Positions 1-7,882 of a stretch of 64,000 bases of DNA are shown here, piece by piece. Numbering within the stretch: the stretch's first letter is position 1; the number at the start of each line of letters is the position of its first letter. The DNA is from Candidatus Sumerlaeia bacterium (lineage in GTDB: Bacteria; Sumerlaeota; Sumerlaeia; SLMS01; JAHLLQ01): contig JAHCAW010000003.1 in the NCBI GenBank assembly GCA_019634695.1, forward strand, positions 3,397 through 67,396, written 5' to 3'. Made by a program: the position numbers and the translations under genes. The notes under the pieces were generated by a model. The model was not told the DNA's origin. It worked only from the letters and a program-made list of their open reading frames with translations, and made no database searches.

Positions 1-197
1 GTCGGAGCAATGCCGAAGGAGTGCCTGTCGAGGCAACCGACCCGTCGGAGTGGCGCCTGCTGCTGCAGGTGGCCGGCGAGGAGGTTGCGGGGATGGACTG
101 GGGCTGCGACGGCGGGGTGCTGTACGTGATGGTGCGCGATGGCGACCTGCGCGCGGGCCGGCTCGACGCTCACGAGTGGTTCACGCAGGGCACGTAG
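1..197 (+). CDS. DUF1963/YwqG-like protein, C-terminal fragment (5' end outside window)
   Basis: Frame 3 is open from the window edge to TAG 195-197. It reads ...SEWRLLLQVAGEEVAGMDWGCDGGVLYVMVRDGDLRAGRLDAHEWFTQGT. The W-x-LLLQ ... G-x-LY ... DL pattern matches the C-terminus of DUF1963 proteins. Confidence 0.55.
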   Translation, partial: RSNAEGVPVEATDPSEWRLLLQVAGEEVAGMDWGCDGGVLYVMVRDGDLRAGRLDAHEWFTQGT

Positions 198-227
198 CCG
201 CCGCGCGGGGGACAGCGGACGAGGTGC

Positions 228-292
228 CGTCCCGGCCGGCATGTTCGATCCACCCACGGAAGGCACGGAACGAACGGAAGGGGGGCGGGGAG
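228..292. repeat. Copy 1 of a ~65-bp direct repeat (partner at 1731-1797)
   Basis: cgtcccggccggcatgttcgatccacccacggaaggcacggaacgaacggaaggggggcggggag aligns to 1731-1797 with 4 substitutions and 4 indel positions. It starts 31 nt after the stop of the upstream gene. Confidence 0.85.
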
Positions 293-517
293 CGCTGGTG
301 GGGAGGCACGAGGGTATGGCTGCAAGATGCGCAGGAGGGCGGGGGGCGGAGGCCTTGCGCCGGGGGTGCAGGAAGGCATGATGGCGATGGCTCTTACTTC
401 CACCTCGTGATCTATCAACTCGATCCACATTATAGCCGGAAGAGGCTCTATAAGCTATGAGCACCCGTATGATGAGTAGTTGAAAGGCAGCGGAATGACT
501 AATTTGGGTATTTCAGT

Positions 518-955
518 ATGAATCTATTCCAGGCACTGATTCTGCATTATTACCTTATCGCGTTTGCCCTAGGGTACTTCTTGGCCAAGAGGGTGGCGGA
601 TGGCCCGCCTTCCGTTGGCGGCCTCTTGGGCATCGGCGCCCTGTATCTCTTGCGAACTCTGTACTTCCGGTGGCTCGACAGGGTATGCAAACGTGAAGGA
701 GCATGTGCGCGCTGCGAGAAGGGCCATTACCTCGTGGAGGCTGGGACAAGCTACTTCTGGGAGTGTGTCGTCTTCAGACGCAGCTTCGAAGAGTGCCCGT
801 GCGGCAAGCGGTACGTCAAGAAGCGGCTGGGCCTTCTGGGGTGTGTGCTCTGTGTGGAGGAGGAGGACGGCACGGTCCGGCCGTACCTTGAGAAGAAGGG
901 GCCCTTCCGCAGGTGGGAGCCCGCGGAGTCGGCGACCCCGGATCGGCAGGAGTAG
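518..955 (+). CDS. Hypothetical membrane-anchored Cys-rich (zinc-ribbon-like) protein
   Basis: ATG-initiated 145-aa ORF. The N-terminus has two hydrophobic helices, followed by CKREGACARC...CVVF...CPCGKRY...CVLC cysteine pairs. The 5' end has markedly lower GC than its surroundings. Confidence 0.5.
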   Translation: MNLFQALILHYYLIAFALGYFLAKRVADGPPSVGGLLGIGALYLLRTLYFRWLDRVCKREGACARCEKGHYLVEAGTSYFWECVVFRRSFEECPCGKRYVKKRLGLLGCVLCVEEEDGTVRPYLEKKGPFRRWEPAESATPDRQE

Positions 956-1051
956 CGAGTCCCGCCGCGGAGGCCGCTGGATCGTTGGGCTGCAAGAGGA
1001 CGGCGCATCGGAACACCGACGCGTCGCGATTCCTTCCGAGGGCGTCCGAGG

Positions 1052-1726
1052 ATGAAGCTTCTGGCCCCGACAACCTTTGGCCGATGGGTGGATGCCGGTT
1101 GGCTGGTGTTCTTGCTTCTGGTCACCCTGTATGTGCGCGGCCAAGCCCTTCATACTGGTCCTGTCGGTTTGTTCCCGGCTGCAGTTGTCTTGCATCTCTT
1201 CCTTCCAGGAGTCTGGGGACCGGTTCTTCTCTGGCGCGCTGCTCCGGTACTCTACGATTTGGCCCACTCTCCTATAAGAGCGGACCTGCAGACGACTCCT
1301 CTCCGTGCCGATCGCTATCTGGCCGGCGCACTGATCCCGGTTATCGGCCGGGTGATCCTGCCGGTGGCCGCGTTCCAAGCGTATCTAGGGTACTTGGTTC
1401 TTTCGATTGAGCATAGTCCAGGCATCGATTGGGAAGTGATCGTCCCTTTCTATGCGGGAGCGGTGTTGGTCTTTCCGGCGCTTCTGGACATTCTCTACCG
1501 TGAGGCGACCAGTCCCGCACGATTGTGGCAGTGCGCCCTGCGAGTTGCCGTCTGGACCGGTGTCCTGGCATTCGCCATCGTCTGTCCGATGATGGTCGCC
1601 GACGGCGAGGGCTGGGCCCTTGAGGACCTCGCGCTAGGGATGGTTGCATTCCTCCTGTTCGTGGCGCTTCCCTTCGCGGTGGTGCGCTGGCGCCAGCTCT
1701 GCAAGGCGTACTTCGCGGCCCGATAA
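1052..1726 (+). CDS. Hypothetical polytopic membrane protein (about 6 TM)
   Basis: ATG-initiated 224-aa ORF with repeated hydrophobic segments (LVFLLLVTLYV, VVLHLFLPGVWGPVLL, LIPVIGRVILPVAAF, etc.). Same strand as 518-955 and 96 nt downstream of it. Confidence 0.5.
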   Translation: MKLLAPTTFGRWVDAGWLVFLLLVTLYVRGQALHTGPVGLFPAAVVLHLFLPGVWGPVLLWRAAPVLYDLAHSPIRADLQTTPLRADRYLAGALIPVIGRVILPVAAFQAYLGYLVLSIEHSPGIDWEVIVPFYAGAVLVFPALLDILYREATSPARLWQCALRVAVWTGVLAFAIVCPMMVADGEGWALEDLALGMVAFLLFVALPFAVVRWRQLCKAYFAAR

Positions 1727-1730
1727 GGAA

Positions 1731-1797
1731 CGTCCGGCCGGCAAGATCGATCCAACCACGGAAGGCACGGAAGGAACGGAAGGGGGGGGCGGGGGAG
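1731..1797. repeat. Copy 2 of the ~65-bp direct repeat (partner at 228-292)
   Basis: cgtccggccggcaagatcgatccaaccacggaaggcacggaaggaacggaaggggggggcgggggag. It starts 5 nt after the stop of the 1052-1726 gene. Confidence 0.85.
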
Positions 1798-2043
1798 TCT
1801 GTGGAAGAATCGCAGGGTTCCTGAGTGGGGCGACAGCGTTGCGCTCGCAGGCAGGATGCCCGCGCTCCTTTCGTTGCCGTTTGTTATGGGCAGCGTGGGT
1901 GTGCTCCCGTTGATGTAACAGCCCCACGGCGGCGTGGCGGGGCAAAGTCTGCTTGTGGCGTGTCGGCGGGGGGCGGGCAGAATTGGCGGGAGACCGGGGG
2001 GAGGCGGGCAGGCTTTTCCCGTATTCCGCGGCCGGGGAGTTGG

Positions 2044-4062
2044 ATGCGCTCGATGACGTCGCTTCGCTGGATTCTTCTGGTGGTGGTGCTGCTGGCCGGG
2101 TTGCTGGCGCCGGGGGTGGTGGGTGCGCAGCAGGAAGGGCGGCGGGCGGAAGGGGCGCTGATCTACGACGGGATTCCGGATGTGCCGGTCGGGCTGCGCG
2201 AGGCCCTGCGTCCGTACCAGAATGTGCGCTCGGCGCAGTTCGTGGCGTGGGTGCCGCAGAGCAATCGGCTGCTGGTGGCGACGCGGTTCGGGGCGACGAC
2301 GCAGTTGCATGTGGTGGAGCGGCCGCTGGGCATGCGGCGTCAGGTGACGTTCGGGGACGATCCGGTGGGCGGCGCGGTGTTCGGGCGGGCGGCGTCGCCG
2401 GACGTGTTGCTGTTCGCGAGCGACCGAGAGGGGGACGAGCGGACGCAGATTCATCGTCTGGATCTGGACACGGGCCGGACGGTGCGGTTGACGGACGGGG
2501 TGTCGGTGAATCGTTCGCCGCGTTGGGCGAAGACGTCGCGGTGGTTTGCGCACAGCACGACGGCGCGCAACGGTCGGGACTGGGACGTGGTGCTGCGGCA
2601 CGCGGACGATGCGACGACCGGGCCGTTGGTGGTGGTGCAGGATTCGGGCGACTGGGCGCCGGTGGACTGGGCGCCGGACGATTCGATGTTGCTGGTGCGG
2701 CGGTCGATTTCGGCGCTGGAGATGGAGCTGCACGTCGTGGATATGGCGACGGGTGCGCGGCGCCGGCTGGAGGATCCGCTGGGGCCGCCGGCGGCGTATC
2801 CGGAGGCGTTGTTCGCGGAGAACGGGCGCGGGGTGTACTTCACGAGCAATCGCGGCTCGGAGTTCCTGCGGCTGCACTATCACGATCTGCGGCACAACGT
2901 CTCGAAGGTGTTGGTGGAGGATCTGGCGGCGGACATTGGCGACCTGGCGCAGTCGCGCGACGGGCGCTTCGTCGCGTTCACGGCCAACGAGGAGGGGTTC
3001 AGCACGGTGCATCTGCTGAACACGAACACGTTGCGGCGCACGACGTTGAACCTGCCGCGCGGGATCGTGACGGACCTGCGGTTCCACATCGACGGCGACC
3101 GGCTGGCGATGACGCTGCACCTGCCGGACGCGCCGGCCGACGCGTGGGTGTTCACGCTGCGGGGCGAGTCGTTGGAGCGCTGGACGCAGTCGGAGGCCGG
3201 CGGGCTGCCGGAGTCGCGCTTCGTTGCGCCGGAGGTGTTCCACTTCCGCACGTTCGACCGTGACGAGACGGGCGAGGCGCGGCGCATTCCGGCGCTGCTG
3301 TTCCGTCCGCGGCGGCCCGGTCCGTGGCCGGTGGCGATCGACATTCACGGCGGGCCGGAGTCGCAGGCGCGTCCGTACTTCGATCCGTTCGTGCAGTTCC
3401 TCGTGGCGGAGCTGGGCGTGGCGGTGATCCGGCCGAACGTGCGCGGCTCGACGGGTTACGGGCGCACGTTCCTGGCGCTGGACGACGGGCTGCTGCGCGA
3501 GGGGGCGGTGAGCGACATTGGCGCGCTGCTGGACTGGGTGGCGGTGCAGCCGGACCTGGATGCGACGCGCGTGATGACGATGGGGCGCTCGTACGGGGGC
3601 TTCATGTCGCTGGCCTCGCAGGTGTCGTTCGGTCCGCGGCTGCGCGCCGGCATCAGCCTGTACGGCATCACGAGCTTCGTGACCTTCCTGGAGACGACGA
3701 GCGAGTATCGGCGCGACCGGCGGCGCGTCGAGTATGGCGACGAGCGCGTGCCGGAGGTGCGTGCGTTCATGGAGCGGATTGCGCCGCTGAACAACGTCGA
3801 TCGCCTGGTGAACCCGTTGCTGATCGGGCAGGGGCTGAACGACGCGCGCGTGCCGTGGACGGAGTCGGAGCAGATCGTGCGCGCCGCGCGTGCGCGCGGA
3901 AATCCGGCGTGGTACTTCATCGCAACGAACGAGGGGCATTCGCTGGCGCGGCGCGAGAACCGCGACGCGTGGGAGGCCGTGGCGGCACACTTCATCCGCA
4001 CGCATCTGGTGGAGGCGCCGGCGCGTCCGTCGTCCGGGCCGACCCCCGAGGCGGCGCCGTGA
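2044..4062 (+). CDS. S9-family serine peptidase (prolyl oligopeptidase / dipeptidyl aminopeptidase type) with N-terminal beta-propeller
   Basis: Start chosen at ATG 2044, giving signal peptide MRSMTSLRWILLVVVLLAGLLAPGVVGA. The middle has TolB-like propeller repeats. The C-terminal hydrolase domain carries the nucleophile motif GRSYGGFMS, later GLNDARVP and NEGHS. Confidence 0.85.
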   Translation: MRSMTSLRWILLVVVLLAGLLAPGVVGAQQEGRRAEGALIYDGIPDVPVGLREALRPYQNVRSAQFVAWVPQSNRLLVATRFGATTQLHVVERPLGMRRQVTFGDDPVGGAVFGRAASPDVLLFASDREGDERTQIHRLDLDTGRTVRLTDGVSVNRSPRWAKTSRWFAHSTTARNGRDWDVVLRHADDATTGPLVVVQDSGDWAPVDWAPDDSMLLVRRSISALEMELHVVDMATGARRRLEDPLGPPAAYPEALFAENGRGVYFTSNRGSEFLRLHYHDLRHNVSKVLVEDLAADIGDLAQSRDGRFVAFTANEEGFSTVHLLNTNTLRRTTLNLPRGIVTDLRFHIDGDRLAMTLHLPDAPADAWVFTLRGESLERWTQSEAGGLPESRFVAPEVFHFRTFDRDETGEARRIPALLFRPRRPGPWPVAIDIHGGPESQARPYFDPFVQFLVAELGVAVIRPNVRGSTGYGRTFLALDDGLLREGAVSDIGALLDWVAVQPDLDATRVMTMGRSYGGFMSLASQVSFGPRLRAGISLYGITSFVTFLETTSEYRRDRRRVEYGDERVPEVRAFMERIAPLNNVDRLVNPLLIGQGLNDARVPWTESEQIVRAARARGNPAWYFIATNEGHSLARRENRDAWEAVAAHFIRTHLVEAPARPSSGPTPEAAP

Positions 4063-4856
4063 CGGCCGCTCCTGTTGCGCTCATCACGGGTTGCGGCGGC
4101 ACGGTCGGGTCCGTGCTGGCTGCGGCCGTTCGCGCGCGCGGCGGCACGCCCATCGCGTGGGACCGGGCCCTGGCCCCACCCGGCGACACGGACGCGGCCC
4201 GGCGACTGGTGGAGCAACACGCGCCCACCGTCCTCTTTCACACGGCGCTGCCTTCGCGACCCACCGGCGCCGAGAACGAAGGGTGGCTGGTGAACGAGAA
4301 GTGGACCGCCGACCTGGCCGCGATCGCCCTGCAGCGCGCCATACCGTTCGTCTTCACCAGTTCCGTGATGGTCTTCAGCAATCGCATGCCGGGCCCGTTG
4401 ACGCCGGACAAGGAGCCCGACGAAACCGAAGGCTATGGGCACTTCAAGCGCTGCGGCGAACTCAGTGCTCTTGCCGCCAATCCCGATGCGCGCATCGCGC
4501 GGCTCGGTTGGCAGATCGGCGCGGGGCCGGGCAGCAACAACATGATCGACTTCCTGGAGAAGCAGTCCGCCGACAGCGGCGCCATCCGCGCCAGCACGCG
4601 CTGGCTGCCCGGCACCAGCTTCCTGGAGGACACCGCGGAGGCGCTGTTGGAGGTCGCCGCGCTGCCGCCGGGGTGCTACCACGTCGGCGGCAACACGCGC
4701 TGGAACTTCCACGAGATCGTGTGCGCGCTGAATGCGCGGCACGGTGGACGCTGGCGCGTCGAGCCGACCGAGGATTTCGTGTGCGACCAGCGCTTGCTGG
4801 ATTCGCGCCTGCGCCTGCGACCGCTCGAAGATCGACTGCCGGCGCTCTTGTCCTGA
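4059..4856 (+). CDS. NAD(P)-dependent epimerase/dehydratase-family (RmlD-like) reductase
   Basis: GTG 4059 overlaps the upstream TGA (GTGA). Rossmann motif ITGCGGTVGSVL and a YGHFK (YxxxK) catalytic motif are present. Confidence 0.65.
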   Translation: MTAAPVALITGCGGTVGSVLAAAVRARGGTPIAWDRALAPPGDTDAARRLVEQHAPTVLFHTALPSRPTGAENEGWLVNEKWTADLAAIALQRAIPFVFTSSVMVFSNRMPGPLTPDKEPDETEGYGHFKRCGELSALAANPDARIARLGWQIGAGPGSNNMIDFLEKQSADSGAIRASTRWLPGTSFLEDTAEALLEVAALPPGCYHVGGNTRWNFHEIVCALNARHGGRWRVEPTEDFVCDQRLLDSRLRLRPLEDRLPALLS

Positions 4857-4880
4857 TCCCACGTTGCCCAGCGAGTCCCG

Positions 4881-5342
4881 ATGCCGACACGCCCCCGCCC
4901 AGCATTCCATCGCCCTGCGCCGCGCCGCTTCCAGCGCTTCTTCCTCCTGCTGTCCGGACTGTGGATCGCCACGGTGCTGTTTCTCAATAACCAGCCGGGT
5001 TCGGTCTTCAAGACGCCGCGCGTGTATCTGCTGCCGCACATCGACAAGTTCGCGCACTTCCTGTTCTACGGCATCATGGCGGCGCTGCTGTGGCGCGCGA
5101 CGGTGCCCGGCCCGGGCGAGTTCCGGCGCCCGCCCGTGCGGCGGCCCGCGCTGTTCGTCCTGTTGGTGCCCGCCCTCGTGGGCGCGATCGACGAGATCAA
5201 CCAACTGTTCATCGTCGGCCGCAGCGCGGACTGGGGCGACTGGCTCACCGACGTCGCCGGCGCGGGCTTCGTTGTGGCGATGGGGGTGTTGATGTACGGA
5301 AGGCGGAGCGAGAAGGGCGGAGTGCAAAAGGGGGGCGCTTAG
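4881..5342 (+). CDS. VanZ-like family membrane protein
   Basis: HIDKFAHFLFYGIMAALL ... GAIDEINQLFIVGRSADWGDWLTDVAGAGFV is the typical VanZ signature. Confidence 0.75.
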   Translation: MPTRPRPAFHRPAPRRFQRFFLLLSGLWIATVLFLNNQPGSVFKTPRVYLLPHIDKFAHFLFYGIMAALLWRATVPGPGEFRRPPVRRPALFVLLVPALVGAIDEINQLFIVGRSADWGDWLTDVAGAGFVVAMGVLMYGRRSEKGGVQKGGA

Positions 5343-6130
5343 GACGTGGCTTCGGGGGCGCCATCCTTCGACGATTCCCTGGCACGTTCGGCATCCGCCT
5401 TCGCTTCCGCCTCGGCCACCCAGTCCTTCCACAGATCCCACTCGGTCCAGGGGATGGTCTCTGCGGAGCCTCCGAGCCTCGACAAGGCATCCTCCCGCCA
5501 GCTCATGTGCGCTTCGACGGCTGTGCGCAATGTTTCGTCGAGCACCACGAGGTTGGCTCGGGCGAACTCCGTCGTCCAGGCGCTATACTCGTGCTCGAGC
5601 AGCAGTCTGCCCAATGTCTCTGTGACGTCGTCTTCCGTCGGGTCTGCGATCTTGTGTCTGTTCCGCAGCACCACCCGCGCCTGCCAGCGATACTCCTCCT
5701 CATGGAGGAGCCGTTTGCGCCCGATGCGCTCGGCGGCAATCTGCATGCGTGCCAACAACTGGCTGGTCGAGAACATCCCATCGCCCTTGTCGACGTGTTC
5801 GCTCGGATCGATGTTCTCGCAGTCTGTGCCCGGGCGGAGCACGCCCAGTGCGCACAGGCGTTCGAGGCGCCACTGCTCCGCTGCCATGTCGAGCCGACGA
5901 GCACGCTCCTGTACCTCGCGCTTGGCGACCAGCGAGACCAGATCGGCCGCCATCAACTCGATGGCATTAAATCCGGGGGGCACTTCGGGGCGCTGCAATT
6001 CACTCCGACGCACCTTGCGGTCGCCGAAGCGCGCGACGACCTCGTCGCCCGGCGGCGTCGTCTCCCCGCACGCCCACGCGCCGAGGCACATCAACGCCAG
6101 CATCCACACGAAAAGAGCTGTCCGGTTCAT
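5339..6130 (-). CDS. Hypothetical exported protein
   Basis: ATG at 6130 gives signal peptide MNRTALFVWMLALMCLGAWAC. The rest is helical and charged. The long N-terminal extension of the track ORF (to 7783) is antisense to the kinase gene and is rejected. Confidence 0.55.
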   Translation of the reverse strand: MNRTALFVWMLALMCLGAWACGETTPPGDEVVARFGDRKVRRSELQRPEVPPGFNAIELMAADLVSLVAKREVQERARRLDMAAEQWRLERLCALGVLRPGTDCENIDPSEHVDKGDGMFSTSQLLARMQIAAERIGRKRLLHEEEYRWQARVVLRNRHKIADPTEDDVTETLGRLLLEHEYSAWTTEFARANLVVLDETLRTAVEAHMSWREDALSRLGGSAETIPWTEWDLWKDWVAEAEAKADAERARESSKDGAPEATS

Positions 6131-6430
6131 CGTGCGATCCCACCTTGTCATGGCGCCCTCGGGACCCCTCCCGCCGGCGCCGGATAACGTCCCTCGGTTG
6201 CGCATTCGACACCGTGAGGCAGGGAGGGCAAGCGGGAACGAAGGGGATTGCTGGAGGGGGCGGCGGGCTTGCCGGACTGGGACCCGGCCGCCCAGAGAGG
6301 AGCGCATTCTGTGTGCAATGAACTTGACGGTGTTCCCGGCGACTGAGCAGGGCTGGGCCGGATAAGGGGGCGTGTTGGCAGCAAAGGCCCCCTCAGTCCG
6401 GGAGACTGCCGGTTGGAAATCGTCGGCAAA

Positions 6431-7882
6431 ATGGCGTCGGAAGCCCGTCGCGTGCTGGTCGTGGCGCTGTGCCGCGAGGAGGGCGAGTTGGCGCGTTTGG
6501 CGCTGGGCGCGGCGCGTCCGGCGGCGGAGGCCGTCGTGGCGAGCAACGGCGGCGAGCTGGTCGCGGCGCTGGCCGGGGCGCGCTTCGCGGGCGTCGTCGT
6601 GGATGCCGGGGCGGCGTGGGCCGGCGGGTTGGCGGCGCTGGAGGCCGTGCGGGCGCATTGTCCGGGTGTGCCGGCCGTGGTGCTGGGGGCGCGGCCCGAT
6701 GCGTGCCTGCCGGAGCGCGCGGTCGCGCTGCCGAAGGCTCCGGCGAGCTTCCTCGCTTTGGCGGGTGCGCTGGACCGAGCAGCGGCGACGGGCAGCGGGG
6801 CGACCGGCGAGTCGCTGGCGCGGTTGCTGGGCGCCACCGGCATGGCCTGGTTCGAGATGAACAGCGACGGCCGGGTGCTGCGCGCCAACGCGGCGTTCGG
6901 GCGGTTGGTGGGGGCGTGCGAACGCGCGGCGGGGGGCAACCTGTACGAGTGGTGCGCGGAGGCCGGCGTGTTGGGGGCCTTGGTGCGTCGCGCGCTCGAG
7001 TCGTCCGGCGGAGCCATGGCGCCCGCATTCGAGATTCGCAGCTTCGATGGCACAACGCATTGCGTGCTGCTGCGGCTGGTGCGCGACGAGTCGAGCGGCA
7101 CATTGCACGGATTCGCGGAGGAGGTGGGCGCGCGCGAGGGGGAGCTGGTCTCGCAGCGGCGTCGGGCGGAGCAGTCGGACCACGACCGCGGCGAGCTCGA
7201 GCGCTTCGTCCACGACGTGGCGCACGAGCTGCAGGAGCCGCTGCGCACGGTGGAGCGCTACACGCGGTTGTTGGTCGAGCGGGCGGGCGAGGCGCTCAAC
7301 GGCTCCTCGCGCCAGCACGCCGACTTCATCGTGCAGGGCACGGACCGCATGCAGCACCTGGTGGGGGACCTGCTGCGCTACTCGCGCGCAACGGCGGCGG
7401 ACCTGCACATCGAGGCGGTGGACCTGAACGTGGCGCTGGCGCGGGCGCTGGGGGACTTGCAGGCGGCCATCGAATCGAGCGGCGCGGAAGTGCGTCGCGG
7501 CGATCTGCCGACCGTGCAGGGCGACGCGCGGCAGTTGACCACGTTGTTCGGTAATCTGGTGAGCAACGCGATCAAGTACCGTGGCACCGACGCGCCGCGG
7601 ATCGACATTTCGGCGAGCCATGCCGGCGACGTGTGGACGATCGCCGTGCAGGACAACGGCATCGGCATCGCCGCGCAGGATCAGGAGAGGGTGTTCCGCC
7701 CGTTCGAGCGTCCGGGCGCTCCGGCCACCGTGCCGGGCACCGGGCTGGGGCTGGCGCTGTGTCGTCGCATCGCGCGGCGTCATGGAGGGGATCTGTGGGT
7801 GGAATCACGGCCGGGGAAGGGCTCGACGTTTGCCTTCTCCGTCCCCTCAATGGAGCGACACCATGTCCGACTGCACGCCTGA
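6431..7882 (+). CDS. Sensor histidine kinase (REC-like N-terminus, PAS, HisKA, HATPase_c)
   Basis: H-box FVHDVAHELQEPLRTV, N-box GNLVSNAIKY, G-boxes QDNGIGI and GTGLGLALC, and a PAS-like segment MAWFEMNSDGRVLRANAAFGRLVG. The start is ambiguous: ATG 6431, or TTG 6413 preceded by GGAG. Confidence 0.85.
   Translation: MASEARRVLVVALCREEGELARLALGAARPAAEAVVASNGGELVAALAGARFAGVVVDAGAAWAGGLAALEAVRAHCPGVPAVVLGARPDACLPERAVALPKAPASFLALAGALDRAAATGSGATGESLARLLGATGMAWFEMNSDGRVLRANAAFGRLVGACERAAGGNLYEWCAEAGVLGALVRRALESSGGAMAPAFEIRSFDGTTHCVLLRLVRDESSGTLHGFAEEVGAREGELVSQRRRAEQSDHDRGELERFVHDVAHELQEPLRTVERYTRLLVERAGEALNGSSRQHADFIVQGTDRMQHLVGDLLRYSRATAADLHIEAVDLNVALARALGDLQAAIESSGAEVRRGDLPTVQGDARQLTTLFGNLVSNAIKYRGTDAPRIDISASHAGDVWTIAVQDNGIGIAAQDQERVFRPFERPGAPATVPGTGLGLALCRRIARRHGGDLWVESRPGKGSTFAFSVPSMERHHVRLHA

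Noticed and set aside
228-292. Whether the ~65-bp direct repeat is a tRNA 3' fragment (it contains GTTCGATCC) or an integron attC site.
   Set aside because: The bases flanking GTTCGATCC cannot form a T-stem, and there is no acceptor stem or CCA context. I could not find the R''/L''-L'/R' inverted-repeat architecture or the GTTRRRY core of attC. It stays listed as a generic direct repeat.
1495-4005. 836-aa minus-strand ORF. Similar very long antisense or out-of-frame ORFs occur elsewhere in the track: 20222-23263 minus (1013 aa), 27523-31476 plus (1317 aa), 7572-9362 minus, 54168-56393 minus, 57174-59342 plus, and others.
   Set aside because: Their translations are Arg/Pro/His/Ala-rich low-complexity strings. 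They lie opposite or out of frame to genes with unmistakable family motifs (S9 peptidase, FtsK, XylA/GH38, GGDEF-EAL, RlmI, AAA+ ATPase). Long stop-free shadow frames are expected at this GC content.
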